Shown in pieces: positions 30,805-41,006 of a stretch of 64,000 bases of DNA. The translations under genes were made by a program, and so were the position numbers. The stretch is from Candidatus Bathyarchaeia archaeon. GTDB taxonomy: Archaea > Thermoproteota > Bathyarchaeia > Bathyarchaeales > Bathycorpusculaceae. How positions within the stretch are numbered: the first letter of the stretch is position 1; each line of letters starts with the position of its first letter. The notes beneath the pieces were generated by a model, which ran no database searches, was not told the origin of the DNA, and was given only the letters and a program-made list of their open reading frames with translations. The stretch lies in assembly GCA_049521795.1 (NCBI GenBank), contig JBEKOM010000001.1, positions 1 to 64,000 of the forward strand, read 5' to 3'.

Positions 30805-31791
30805 CTATTTCTTTGCATGCAGCTCTTCTGTGAGAATCGTCGTTGCGTCTTTCTGGTCCTTCACCTCAACCAGATGAATCTTGTACAATTCCGCCATTCT
30901 CTTTCCGTTGTCGTTTACCTTCGGAATTGCGATAAGGTACGCGTCCTCTGGCGATACGTCAAACATCTTTGCAAACAGTGCGATAACAGGCTGTTCTGTC
31001 ACGCAAGCACCGGTTGAGGTTGCCAGATCGATGACTGTCACTTTCTCTGCAGTGTCTCCCTTACGAGCGACTATGTCAAACATGTGATTAGCCCCTGATT
31101 TGCCCTTCAGAAAGGCGGGGCCTTCAACTTGGAACCCGTTTTGTGCAAGCACCTCCTTTATCGGCGCAATCAGAACCCAGCCCAGAGCAGCTTCTTCTTT
31201 AGCTTCTTTCCTCAGCTTGTACGCATACACATCTTTGACCTTCACATCTTCATAAGTGAAGTTTCCATGACAATCCCGGCAAAAAAGTGCGGTGACTGGA
31301 ATGTCGAAACTCTTGCTGCAGTCCTTGCAAGTGCACCACATTCCAGCTCTTCTGTAATCAGCATCGGGTTTTCTCAGTTCATCTTTACATTTTGGACAGA
31401 TGAGCTTGTCATCTTTGTGGAAGTTTTCCTCGACATCCATGTATCCGCACTTTACGTGCTCGATCAGGGAACTTTTCCGTATGTCGAAAGATTTGCAGTA
31501 AGGGCAACAGTAATGGATGGAAATGCTTGTTGAACTGCATTTTGGGCAGAAGATAACTTTGTCAAGGAGTGTTCTCTCGAGTATTCCACCTTCGTAGAGT
31601 TTTTTGAGAAATGACTCAGCGCTTGACGCGTCTCCAACAATTGCCTCAATCGTCGGGTATCGATATCCCAGCTTAGGATCACACGTTGGTTGAACTTCGC
31701 TTATCTCGCCGTTCAAGAACTTGTTCAGTAGGACTTGCGTATTTCGATCGTTGTAGAGTTCCTTCCTTTCCGCTTTACCCGACGTGTACAA
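30805..31791 (-). CDS. TackOD1-like multi-Zn-ribbon protein with C-terminal nuclease-like (PD-D/ExK-type) domain
   Basis: GYRYP, CPKC...CPYC...IEHxxCG...CPKC...CxxC...CxxC, then GKSGANHMFD. Confidence 0.7.
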   Translation of the reverse strand: MYTSGKAERKELYNDRNTQVLLNKFLNGEISEVQPTCDPKLGYRYPTIEAIVGDASSAESFLKKLYEGGILERTLLDKVIFCPKCSSTSISIHYCCPYCKSFDIRKSSLIEHVKCGYMDVEENFHKDDKLICPKCKDELRKPDADYRRAGMWCTCKDCSKSFDIPVTALFCRDCHGNFTYEDVKVKDVYAYKLRKEAKEEAALGWVLIAPIKEVLAQNGFQVEGPAFLKGKSGANHMFDIVARKGDTAEKVTVIDLATSTGACVTEQPVIALFAKMFDVSPEDAYLIAIPKVNDNGKRMAELYKIHLVEVKDQKDATTILTEELHAKK

Positions 31792-32016
31792 TCCACTCCA
31801 AGTTGACCAAGCCGCTTAGTTCCTGTAGAGATTATTTCTAGTTCCACTCGTTTAAACATATCCAGAAGAGCTTTAAGAATTTTGTTCGGTCGACATGGAA
31901 AGTGATTGAGGCGAACGCTAGTCCCAGGCGAATAGTTCGAAGCCGAAGACGCGGTCGCGCATTTGACTTAACCTATGGCACTCTGAGTTTTCGCATCGTC
32001 AGGCTGCCAATCTTCA

Positions 32017-33069
32017 GTGCACTGCACAGGGACAAAATGCCCGATGTGTGGCCACGAATTGCCTTTGATCGCAACGCAAGTTCGTGACGTCATCTCTTCC
32101 ACACCAACGGGGATCGCTGGATCACAGTCACATTTTTTAATGAGAATCTTCATAATTGAACCAAAATGCTGCCAAGAACATGCGGTGAAAGATTTGCAAA
32201 CGCAGTCTGAACAAAAAGGACGAGTGGCCCGCTGGACCACAATGAAAGGATTAAACAAAGTGATCCTGTTTCTCGCAGTGGCAGCATTGATCGAGTTTCT
32301 CGTCGTTCTTTACGCTATGAGCTTGGGCGTTGAGGACACATCAGTCTTGAAATGGAGTTTCAACTTTCCAGGGACGGGTTGGCCAGAGACGATAGCGATA
32401 AGCCCAGCGTTCTTTCTGGTCCCCATTTGCGTCATAATCACGCTTGCAGTCAGCTGGGCGTACCTCACTAAGAAGGTATCTTTGCGACGGCAAGAAATAC
32501 GAAGAGGAAAGGTTGAAACCTTCCCAAGGCAGAGGGTTCAAAAGAGGGGACTGCTATCACGAATAAGTCGCGCTGCAAGGAACTTTTCTAAGAGGATAAA
32601 GTCAAAGCTGCCGAAAACCAAGGGGATTTCTTCTCTTTCCCAAAGAATGCACATCCAAAGAGCCACAGTCAGAAGCGCCTTGATTGTACTGCTGGCTTTT
32701 GTAGCTTTCACCCTGCTTTTCTCTCTTTTTGCCTACCCGCAGGCAATCTTTCGGTTTGTAACGAACGCTTATCAGACCGACCCGTCGCTACGCAACTTCG
32801 TCATCTCGGTAGACAACTGGGCGAAAGGAGCGGCGCAAGCTCTGGGACCCATAGGCTGGCTGAGCACTTCCATAAACAACGGTCTGATTGCTGCTTCACC
32901 AGGGGTCAGAGATCTAGGAGTTGCTTTTGGGGGCCTGATCAGTCCAATAGCAACCTTAGCCAGTGTTGACAAGTTCTTGCTTTTCCAAAACGCTGCGGCC
33001 TGGATTTCTGTAATATTAGTTTTCATTTATGGAGAGCGAACAGGGAAAAGCTACAGGTACAAGAAATAG
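32017..33069 (+). CDS. Hypothetical membrane protein
   Basis: Several TM helices and a basic loop. True start probably 32224-32242. Confidence 0.65.
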   Translation: MHCTGTKCPMCGHELPLIATQVRDVISSTPTGIAGSQSHFLMRIFIIEPKCCQEHAVKDLQTQSEQKGRVARWTTMKGLNKVILFLAVAALIEFLVVLYAMSLGVEDTSVLKWSFNFPGTGWPETIAISPAFFLVPICVIITLAVSWAYLTKKVSLRRQEIRRGKVETFPRQRVQKRGLLSRISRAARNFSKRIKSKLPKTKGISSLSQRMHIQRATVRSALIVLLAFVAFTLLFSLFAYPQAIFRFVTNAYQTDPSLRNFVISVDNWAKGAAQALGPIGWLSTSINNGLIAASPGVRDLGVAFGGLISPIATLASVDKFLLFQNAAAWISVILVFIYGERTGKSYRYKK

Positions 33070-33088
33070 CCAGACCCACGGGATCTCT

Positions 33089-33955
33089 ATGGATCGACGG
33101 CCCAGATTCGGTCCAGCTGGGGTTCCCCCACTGTTCAAGTCTATGAAGGCAACTTTGACGGATATTCCGAGACTTCTACGCGCAGAGGGACTTGACGCCT
33201 TCGAGTACGAAGCCGTTCAATGGGGAAAGAAGCCCCAAATGAGAAAAGAAGAGGCTCAGAAACTAGAGCTGGAAGCCAAGCAGAATGATGTTTGGCTCAG
33301 TCTTCACGGTTCGTACTTCATCAATTTCTGCGGCGAAAAAGCAATTGTTGAGGCAAGCAAACAACGCTTGATAGCGTGCGCAACTGCCGCTGAATGGATG
33401 AATGCGCACGTTGTGGTTTTCCATCCCGGTTTCTACGGAAAGAAAACACCCAAGGAGGCTCTCAAAACGTGCTCAAAAGCCTTGGAAGAGGTTGTTGAAA
33501 ACATGCTGAGCCTGGGGATTAGAAACGTTAGGATAGGACCAGAAACGATGGGCAGGACTTATCAGCTGGGAAGCCTCGACGAAACCTTGAGTCTGTGCGA
33601 GACAGTTGAACACACGCAGCTGGTTGTTGATTGGTCCCATCTTCACGCAAGAGACATAGGGCGCTTCAGAACTATCGAGGATTTCCGCAAGGTCGCAGAG
33701 CTCATTGAGAATAGACTTGGAACTGACGCTCTCAAGAATTTGCACTGTCACTTCACGAAAATCGAGTTCACTGACAAGGGTGAAAGACGCCATCGCACGC
33801 TGCAGGAAGCACGTTACGGACCAGACTTCCGAATGCTTGCAAGAGCCATCATTGAATTCGAGCTGAAACCAGTCATCATAAGCGAAAGCCCAATCCTAGA
33901 TCTCGACGCAATGAAGATGCGTGACATACTTCAAGAAGAGCTAAACAAGAGCTAA
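33089..33955 (+). CDS. Archaeal endonuclease IV (TIM barrel)
   Basis: RFGPAG, SLHGSYFIN, VFHPG, PETMG, DWSH, HCHF, ERRH, ISESP. Confidence 0.9.
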   Translation: MDRRPRFGPAGVPPLFKSMKATLTDIPRLLRAEGLDAFEYEAVQWGKKPQMRKEEAQKLELEAKQNDVWLSLHGSYFINFCGEKAIVEASKQRLIACATAAEWMNAHVVVFHPGFYGKKTPKEALKTCSKALEEVVENMLSLGIRNVRIGPETMGRTYQLGSLDETLSLCETVEHTQLVVDWSHLHARDIGRFRTIEDFRKVAELIENRLGTDALKNLHCHFTKIEFTDKGERRHRTLQEARYGPDFRMLARAIIEFELKPVIISESPILDLDAMKMRDILQEELNKS

Positions 33956-34009
33956 GAAAGTGCGATACGTTTTTACGCTGTCCTGTAGTGCTTTTCAAGA
34001 GGGCATGTT

Positions 34010-35257
34010 TTGGTTCGATTGAGAGGATTTCAAAAACTAGTCCCAGTAGAAACCGCGTTACAAACGTTTCTCGGAACATTGCGGATCAAACCGAAAGAAA
34101 CGTCTAGTCCCTTGCACTCAGCTCTAAACCGTGTCCTAGCCGAACAAATAATCGCAAGGACAGATTTGCCGAGGACTAACAGGTCAGCGATGGATGGATA
34201 CGCTGTAAACGCCGACAGCACTGCCCAAGCAACACAGCGTAGACCAGAAACTCTCAAGATCGTCAACAAGAGCGTCATGAACGAAGGCGAAGCAAAGCAG
34301 GTTTGGACGGGCAACTCGGTTCCCATTGGCGCAAACGCTGTCGTGATGCTGGAAAATGTCAAACTGGATGGAGACAAGGTCGCCGTGTCTAGCCCTGTGC
34401 CCCAATGGGAAAACGTTTCAAAAAAGGGCGAAGACGTGCGAAAACGACAGGTCGTTGCCGAAGCAGGAACTCGTCTAAAGCCTCAACATCTTGGACTGAT
34501 AGCTGCCTTTGGCATCGCTGAAGTAAAGGTTTTCAGAAGGCCCAAGATCGCCATTTTAGCAACTGGAAACGAGCTTGCCGAGGTGGGTAGCAGACTGCGA
34601 AGAGAACAGGTGTTTGACACCAACAGAACTGCCCTAGTTGCATTATGCAGTGAGCTAGGAGCACAAACTCTGGACTTGGGCATTGCCAGAGATGACGTAG
34701 ACGAAATCTCGGAAAAGCTGAGGCTAGGCCTCCTGAAGGCTGACGGCGTGATTAGTTCTGGCGGAACCAGTGTCGGGGGCCTGGATCTCGTTCCGGAAAC
34801 TGTCAATCGAGTTGGAAAGCCAGGCGTCATCGTTCATGGCGTGGCAATGCGTCCAGGCATGCCAACGGCGTTGGCGGTCGTGAAAGACAAACCCATCATC
34901 GTACTCCCTGGCAACCCTGTTGCTGCTATGCTAGGCTTCGAGGTTTTTGGCAGACCGGTGCTGAGCATGATGCTTGGGCTTAAACGGGCAGAACTGAGAC
35001 CCATATTGAGGGCGAGAATGACTAGGAGAATCTCCACCACCTTGGGAAGGAAGAATTTAGTTCGTGTCCACGTTGTTCAGAAGGATGATGATTTCTTCGC
35101 TGAACCAATTAGCGCTCGAGGTTCAAGTCTGATTTCCACTATGACAAGAGCTAACGGTTATGTCGTCGTGCCAGAAAACGTGGAAGGCGTAGAAGAAGGA
35201 GACATTGTCTTGGTCAACATGTTTGACGATTTAGAGGCGAATAGAAATCATGTTTAG
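34010..35257 (+). CDS. moeA: Molybdopterin molybdotransferase MoeA
   Basis: SAMDGYAV, TGNEL, SGGTSVG, PGMP, LPGNP. Confidence 0.93.
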   Translation: MVRLRGFQKLVPVETALQTFLGTLRIKPKETSSPLHSALNRVLAEQIIARTDLPRTNRSAMDGYAVNADSTAQATQRRPETLKIVNKSVMNEGEAKQVWTGNSVPIGANAVVMLENVKLDGDKVAVSSPVPQWENVSKKGEDVRKRQVVAEAGTRLKPQHLGLIAAFGIAEVKVFRRPKIAILATGNELAEVGSRLRREQVFDTNRTALVALCSELGAQTLDLGIARDDVDEISEKLRLGLLKADGVISSGGTSVGGLDLVPETVNRVGKPGVIVHGVAMRPGMPTALAVVKDKPIIVLPGNPVAAMLGFEVFGRPVLSMMLGLKRAELRPILRARMTRRISTTLGRKNLVRVHVVQKDDDFFAEPISARGSSLISTMTRANGYVVVPENVEGVEEGDIVLVNMFDDLEANRNHV

Positions 35258-36491
35258 GAAACTGTTGACTTTTGAAGAGGCAAAAAAGGTCATTCTGGAA
35301 CGATTCAGCCCTAAGCCTTTGGGCGTTGAAGAGATTTCGCTTCTTGAGGCTAGCAGCCGTGTTCTGGCACAAGACGTGACGGCCGGCAGAGACATTCCAC
35401 CATTTGATCGGTCAACAGTCGATGGATACGCTGTCAGGGCTCAAGACACCTTTGGTGCCGAGGAAAACAGACCGATTACGCTGACGGCTCACGGAGCAGT
35501 GCGCGTTGGAGAAACTTCTAAGATAGTTGTCAGAAAGAAAGAAGCAGCAGAAATAGTCACAGGAGCACCTATCCCTGAAGGCGCAGATGCTGTTGTCATG
35601 GTTGAGCAGACTGAAAGAAAGGCTAACCGTATTCGTGTTTTCAGCGCAGTTGCAAGGCGTGAGAACATAATGAAGGCAGGACAGGACATCGGAAAAGGCG
35701 AGACTGTTCTCAAAACTGGCAAACTGCTCAGTTCGAGAGAAGTCGGTGTTCTAGCTGCCTTGGGCATAGCGAATGTCAAGGTTTACGTAGTTCCTCGAGT
35801 GGCAGTTTTTTCGACGGGAGCTGAGGTAACCGAACCAGGCAGAAGCCTGCCCGCTGGGAAGATCTACGACATCAACGCGTACACCTTGAGCGCAGCAGTG
35901 CTCGAAAGCGGAGCGAAGCCCATTTTTCTCGGCGTTTTCCCTGATGACCTCGTCAAACTTCAAAAAGCGCTGAGGCACGCCTTGGCCTCCGCCGACGTTG
36001 TAGTAACGTCTGGCGGTGTCTCCGTAGGTCCAAAGGACGTTATGCCAAAAGCCGTGGCCTCCCTCGGCCAACCTGGCACGATCATATCTGGAATAGCAAT
36101 GAAGCCTGGAAAACCCACGACGATAGGGTTGATCCGTAACAAACCAGTGTTTTCACTTCCCGGACATCCTACGTCTGCTTTGCTTGTTTTCCATCTGCTT
36201 GCCCGCCCGATAATACAGGCAATGGGAGGGAGAAAAGCAGAAGAAGACTCAGAAGTGAAGGCCCTAGCGAATGCAAGGATGTTCGCAGCAAAGGGAAGAA
36301 GAACATTTGTCATGGTAAGTGTGAACCGGAGTGAACTAAACAGGACTGTGGCCGAGCCTATTCTAGCAGGGGATTCTGGAGCGATAACGACCCTCACAAG
36401 AGCAGATGGTTATGTCGAGATACCTGAAAACGTGCAATTCGTGGATGTAGGCGAGGAAGTCACGGTGCGACTTTTTCGAAAAATGCCGTAA
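35250..36491 (+). CDS. moeA: Molybdopterin molybdotransferase MoeA, second paralog
   Basis: PPFDRSTVDGYAV, SGGVSVG, KPGKP, LPGHP. Confidence 0.93.
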   Translation: MFRKLLTFEEAKKVILERFSPKPLGVEEISLLEASSRVLAQDVTAGRDIPPFDRSTVDGYAVRAQDTFGAEENRPITLTAHGAVRVGETSKIVVRKKEAAEIVTGAPIPEGADAVVMVEQTERKANRIRVFSAVARRENIMKAGQDIGKGETVLKTGKLLSSREVGVLAALGIANVKVYVVPRVAVFSTGAEVTEPGRSLPAGKIYDINAYTLSAAVLESGAKPIFLGVFPDDLVKLQKALRHALASADVVVTSGGVSVGPKDVMPKAVASLGQPGTIISGIAMKPGKPTTIGLIRNKPVFSLPGHPTSALLVFHLLARPIIQAMGGRKAEEDSEVKALANARMFAAKGRRTFVMVSVNRSELNRTVAEPILAGDSGAITTLTRADGYVEIPENVQFVDVGEEVTVRLFRKMP

Positions 36492-36554
36492 GCGACAAAA
36501 AGAATCTGGGGAAACGAAAGTTAACGCGATAGTATAAAATGAGAAAAGATGTCC

Positions 36555-36911
36555 TTATTCTTCTAGAACTTTTCTCTTGTTTGCGGCGTATGCTGTGAAG
36601 ACCCATGTTAGAATGAGGTAGAAAATCATTCCGACGCCGAGAAAATAATTGGCTGTAAAAACACTGAAAATGACATAGGACGCGTAGGTTGTGCTAGCGA
36701 AGAACAAGATTATGATAAACCAGAATGACCAGGCTCTCTTCCTAAACATGCCATAGGCAGCGATCAGGCTTAGTATGCCGAGGATCCCAACGTGCGGCGG
36801 AAAGCCACTCAATGGCAAAAGAGCAACGAATGCTATTCCAACGATTGCGTAGAAAACAGATGTTGCAAACAATCCCCAGCTCTCAATCCTCAGCCTCGAC
36901 CCGAGTGACAT
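36555..36911 (-). CDS. Hypothetical 4-TM membrane protein
   Basis: Four hydrophobic helices. Confidence 0.7.
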   Translation of the reverse strand: MSLGSRLRIESWGLFATSVFYAIVGIAFVALLPLSGFPPHVGILGILSLIAAYGMFRKRAWSFWFIIILFFASTTYASYVIFSVFTANYFLGVGMIFYLILTWVFTAYAANKRKVLEE

Positions 36912-36953
36912 TTTCCATACGCCTTTAACCCTAATGCATTGACAGTAAGATTA

Positions 36954-36972
36954 ATAAATCTAATGTTCCACT
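36954..36972 (+). repeat. Boundary repeat copy 1 (att-like)
   Basis: 19/19 identical to 44455-44473, with further similarity downstream (cttaa...cacactt). Confidence 0.75.
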
Positions 36973-37116
36973 GTCCGCTTAAACTCACACTTTTCGATAC
37001 TTGTCTTTCTACATAAGAGCCTATACAATCACTGGAGTATCCATTGTAGTTCCTTCAGAAAAGAACATGTTAAGTCCACTAAAGGCTTCGTTTCATTTGC
37101 TTGATGAAGTTTTCCT

Positions 37117-37344
37117 TTATGCAAAACTCGTACGTATTCCTCTTTCAGCTTGACTGAAGCCTTTTGAACGTTTTTCAAACCATGGTTCATACCATGTTTT
37201 AGATACCCACTTATGTTTTTCACACGCAAGGATTTTTGTTTTAACATTAGTCTTATGTTCTGGGTTATGAAATGGACAGTTTTTATTTTCGGTGATTTTC
37301 AATTCACCTTTAAGCAATGCCTCTTTTATCCATCCTTTAGTCAT
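37117..37344 (-). CDS. Hypothetical protein
   Basis: Overlaps the HNH stop (ATGA coupling); CPFH...CEKH. Confidence 0.5.
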   Translation of the reverse strand: MTKGWIKEALLKGELKITENKNCPFHNPEHKTNVKTKILACEKHKWVSKTWYEPWFEKRSKGFSQAERGIRTSFA

Positions 37345-37754
37345 GTCTTCACCATTTTCTTTTCACTCATTTTTGAACCTCTCATTTGCTCTCTTTGTTG
37401 CCAAATCTCCCTTATTACATTACCCACCCTTTTGAATTCCTCATAGGTTAAAAAATCTGTCTTAGCCATATTACAGAGGGCGCAAGCCAAAACCGAATTC
37501 TCCAACGTATAACCTTGCTCGTTATCCTTACGGTCTATTTCCAACCTTCGTCCTCTCCTTCCAGAACCATAAAACTTCTTTTCCCAGATGCTAGTAAATT
37601 CCTTTTCCTCTATTCCGCAATAATGACACCTTGTTCCGTCCCTCTCGTAAAGTTGTTTTCGTAGTTTCTCTTTCTCTTTGACACCTCTTGGTGCTACATC
37701 TTTGAACTTTCTTGCGTGCTCTATAATCTTAATCCCCCTCTTCTGACTTATCAT
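37341..37754 (-). CDS. HNH endonuclease-like protein
   Basis: RDGTRCHYCG...LEIDRKDN..GY...NSVLACALCN.AK. Confidence 0.82.
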   Translation of the reverse strand: MISQKRGIKIIEHARKFKDVAPRGVKEKEKLRKQLYERDGTRCHYCGIEEKEFTSIWEKKFYGSGRRGRRLEIDRKDNEQGYTLENSVLACALCNMAKTDFLTYEEFKRVGNVIREIWQQREQMRGSKMSEKKMVKT

Positions 37755-37928
37755 ACTTCTTCCTCTTTGTCATTTTTGAACATCTAGTTTGTCCTTTGTA
37801 GTATGCAGATTTAAGATTTCTGTCTTGCCTATTCTTCACATTTCACAATAAGAAAGAACAAGATTTGCGATTCATAAAATCTAATTCCTTCTCCTTGACT
37901 AATCAAATACAAAGAAAGGTAACCATCT

Positions 37929-38399
37929 ATGGGCAATTGTGCAAAATGCGGAAAGCAACTGAGCTGGATAGGTCAAAATGCAAGTTGTCAATTCATGCCA
38001 CGTTTTGTAAAGCAACATCCAGAGTACAAAGGTAAGAAATTCTGTAGAGAATGCATGGTTAAGGAGACTGCCGAAAGACAATTTAGAGAAGCACAAGACG
38101 GAAAAACCGCATTCATACAAGACGACGCCCAAACAGTTTTGCAGGATAGACAAAAAAGATTGACAATCTACACAGATGTAGCGGCAAAATTCGGCTATAC
38201 CTTTAAGCAAATCGAAGATGCCGCTTATAATAGAAGTGCTTATTCTATACCAGTTCAAATTCATCCTGCGACAATGATTTTCGAGAAAGCCATAGCCACT
38301 AATAAGGAAACCAATTTCCTCAATTGTCAATACTGCAAAACTCGCTATGATACAAACCAATACTTCAAATGTCCTCAATGCGGTTCGCCAGCAGCTTAG
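37929..38399 (+). CDS. Hypothetical protein with N- and C-terminal Zn fingers
   Basis: CAKC...CREC and CQYC...CPQCG. Confidence 0.75.
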   Translation: MGNCAKCGKQLSWIGQNASCQFMPRFVKQHPEYKGKKFCRECMVKETAERQFREAQDGKTAFIQDDAQTVLQDRQKRLTIYTDVAAKFGYTFKQIEDAAYNRSAYSIPVQIHPATMIFEKAIATNKETNFLNCQYCKTRYDTNQYFKCPQCGSPAA

Positions 38400-38412
38400 A
38401 GAAGGCAAAAGG

Positions 38413-38647
38413 GATGATGAGAATGGTGTGGGTAAAAGGTCACGCAAGAATAAGCGGAAAGTGTAACCATTGCAGGAAGGAAGTCAATAAAGGTGATACT
38501 GCTTTTGTTGAAATTCATGGCATATTTCCAAGGCCTTCAACAACTACAGCGTTATGCGAGGACTGCTTTAATCAATTGCATCCCAACGAAAAAACCGTTT
38601 CTGAAACGGGTTTGGCACTAAGAAGATTCACGTTTAGAACAAGCTAG
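38413..38647 (+). CDS. Small Zn-finger protein, possibly frameshifted near its 3' end
   Basis: CNHC...LCEDC. A protein-like continuation KLEDSSDQIELP...LLKV* in another frame ends at about 38727. Confidence 0.55.
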
Positions 38648-38739
38648 AAGATTCATCAGACCAGATAGAACTACCAAATACACTTTCCCAAGAACTGGAA
38701 GAGATTAGTAAACTCTTGAAGGTGTGAAAACTCGAGAAG

Positions 38740-39060
38740 ATGAATGAAAAAATGAAAGACGAAACGAAGTTGGATATTGCTTTACTCTTAATTGTTCTTG
38801 CGACTCTGTTTCTTGTACCTCTGGCAGCCACTTGCATACTATATTATTCGTCAATCTTTAGACCGTCAACATTCACGGCAATCTATATTTGCACCTTCAT
38901 ATTTTGGTTCATTGCCTTTTTCGCTATTGTTGGATGGTATGACGAACAAGAACAGAATCGACAGATATTCGGAAGAATCAGAAAAGACATTGAAGAACGT
39001 AGAGAGCTAAGAGAGAGAATGCTGGAAAAACTACGCAAAGAACAAGATGAAGAAACTTAA
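38740..39060 (+). CDS. Hypothetical 2-TM membrane protein
   Basis: Two TM helices and a charged coiled tail. Confidence 0.7.
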   Translation: MNEKMKDETKLDIALLLIVLATLFLVPLAATCILYYSSIFRPSTFTAIYICTFIFWFIAFFAIVGWYDEQEQNRQIFGRIRKDIEERRELRERMLEKLRKEQDEET

Positions 39061-39146
39061 ACCCTTTCCTCTTTTGTTTCATCGACTTTTGTTTCACTCG
39101 TTCCTGAATCCCCAGTTTATCTTCTGTTGCTGTGAAGATTTAAGAT

Positions 39147-39296
39147 TTAGAGATTGATTTTCCCTATTTCTGGACAACTGTGCTTTTTCATTCTGTAACA
39201 AACTACCGTTCCATCGGTTCTTATGTGGAACAATGAGGAGTTGCAGTTTCGGCATCGCAGATATTTCTGTTTTCCATCATGCTTCAAGTTTTCCAT
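39147..39296 (-). CDS. 49-aa Zn-finger microprotein (below ORF-track cutoff)
   Basis: MENLKHDGKQKYLRCRNCNSSLFHIRTDGTVVCYRMKKHSCPEIGKINL*, directly downstream of repeat A copy 39308-39346. Confidence 0.6.
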   Translation of the reverse strand: MENLKHDGKQKYLRCRNCNSSLFHIRTDGTVVCYRMKKHSCPEIGKINL

Positions 39297-39375
39297 GTCT
39301 CTCGGCCAGTTTGTCTTCTGTTACCGTGCCGATTTAAGATTTCTGTGTTACAGCTTGACTAGAGCCTTTTCACCC

Positions 39376-39699
39376 TTAATAATCATAATAGGGTGCTCCT
39401 ATTCGCTTTGCTTCCTTTTTGAAATTTTCACCCTCTTCGCCCCAATCAGGTAATCCTCTTCTGTAAAGTTCTGCATGAACCATCTCATGTTTCAGAGTGG
39501 TTTCAAAGTTAGTTTCTTTGAGATTTAGACTAGCATAGTTTTCCAGCATATGTATTGTGAGGTTTTCTGGGTCTGTTCGTCCTTGTGCAGATTTCTCATC
39601 AAACAGAATAGTGTATGAGGGAAGTTTGCCCCCATAATACTTCTTGTTCAAAATAAAGAAAATTCTCTGTGCTTCTTGTCTTTTTGTATCATCAGTCAT
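39376..39699 (-). CDS. SprT-like zinc metalloprotease domain protein
   Basis: F..LN.KYYGGKLP...TLKHEMVH...F. The distal His of the usual HG motif is not evident (DWG). Confidence 0.72.
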   Translation of the reverse strand: MTDDTKRQEAQRIFFILNKKYYGGKLPSYTILFDEKSAQGRTDPENLTIHMLENYASLNLKETNFETTLKHEMVHAELYRRGLPDWGEEGENFKKEAKRIGAPYYDY

Positions 39700-39775
39700 T
39701 TTGAAATCTCTACTTTTGTTCTTCTGTTGCTGTGCAGATTAAAGATTTCTGTTAATTGACGTCTGAGTAGAGTCT

Positions 39776-40411
39776 TTATGATGTCGGTGTAAACATGCCG
39801 ACCACGTCTTCAGTGAAAGTCGTTGTATTTGTTTGGTTTGGTTGGACAGAAAACAGTTGTGCCTCGAACGTCAAATCGCCTAAATTGAAACCTATCGCAG
39901 TAACGTCAGGCGATATCCAATTAGGTTTTAGAAAGACCGTCAATTCCACGAGCAACTTATCTTCTATTGAGTTTATCACATTCCTTGAAATGAAGTATTG
40001 ATGTATGGCTCCTCCTAAGTAAGATGGTGAGTGTTCCATGGAGTTTAGATATTTCATGTCAAGCTCCAAGTTTACTTCACTAGTGTTGGCGAGATTGAGA
40101 GTATTGACGTTAATTGTTAACATGCCGTCATAAGGAGTTACCACTTTCAAATCCACCGTGACAAGTCCATCTAGGCTAGCAAAAGTATCATTACGCACGC
40201 AATACATAGAGTTGAGCGTTGAGGTCGCATTAATCGAGAATATGAAAGGTTGAAAGTAGGTGAGAGAGTTTATGGAGTTCTGCAAGTTGTAACTTTGCGA
40301 TGCATAATATATGTTGAAACCCGTGCTGATGAGCAGAGCAATCAAAGTAAGCATAGAGAGCCATTTTCTTCCTTTTCGAATCTTGATTCCATTCGCTTCT
40401 ATATATGCCAT
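39776..40411 (-). CDS. Membrane-anchored extracellular hypothetical protein
   Basis: Single N-terminal TM and a beta-rich domain with N-x-S/T sequons. Confidence 0.7.
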   Translation of the reverse strand: MAYIEANGIKIRKGRKWLSMLTLIALLISTGFNIYYASQSYNLQNSINSLTYFQPFIFSINATSTLNSMYCVRNDTFASLDGLVTVDLKVVTPYDGMLTINVNTLNLANTSEVNLELDMKYLNSMEHSPSYLGGAIHQYFISRNVINSIEDKLLVELTVFLKPNWISPDVTAIGFNLGDLTFEAQLFSVQPNQTNTTTFTEDVVGMFTPTS

Positions 40412-40466
40412 ATCCGCTAATGACAAACCCTAGAGAAATAAGATTTCTGTCTTTGTTGCGTTTCGT

Positions 40467-41006
40467 TTAGGTTGAACTAGGTTGCTGTGGGTTAGTAGGC
40501 GGTGGTGGTCGATTGGTTTCTACCGTTCTTTTCCTATGGCGTAGAGCGACCGCCAAAGCCATAATCACGATTAGAAGTATCACGACAACACCGATGATTA
40601 TCAACAATTGCCCTATGTCAAAGCCAAAGACCGAAGATAAGCCAACGTCATATGTCAAGTACACCGTTTTCCCAGTAAACAATGAGAAAGTGTTGCCGAA
40701 ATGTAATGTGTACGCTCCAGATGCTTGTGCGGTGAAATCAAATGTCTTACCTTGTGTGACTCTTCCATAGTCAAGGATTTTAGTACCTTGAGGGTCTGTC
40801 ACCCAGAAATCAATATCATTGCCACCACCACTTATAGACAATGACCCCGTGAACTTCTGTCCACCATCCAGATTAAACGTCACCATTTCCTCGCTCAATG
40901 CACCTACTTGAACAGTTTCAACACTAGAAGCCTTTACGAACGAAAAAGCAACAACTGATAATAGAATTGCCGTTATCACTAGAGCCAAAAAGAATTTGTT
41001 TTTCAA
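40467..41006 (-). CDS. emp24/GOLD-like domain type I membrane protein
   Basis: Signal peptide; GGGNDIDFWVTDPQG...FDFTA..SGAYTLHFGNTFS..K.V; TM; basic plus Pro-rich tail. Confidence 0.75.
   Translation of the reverse strand: MKNKFFLALVITAILLSVVAFSFVKASSVETVQVGALSEEMVTFNLDGGQKFTGSLSISGGGNDIDFWVTDPQGTKILDYGRVTQGKTFDFTAQASGAYTLHFGNTFSLFTGKTVYLTYDVGLSSVFGFDIGQLLIIIGVVVILLIVIMALAVALRHRKRTVETNRPPPPTNPQQPSST

Noticed and set aside
34010-36491. Tandem moeA duplication as a novelty
   Set aside because: Two moeA paralogs are common in archaea.
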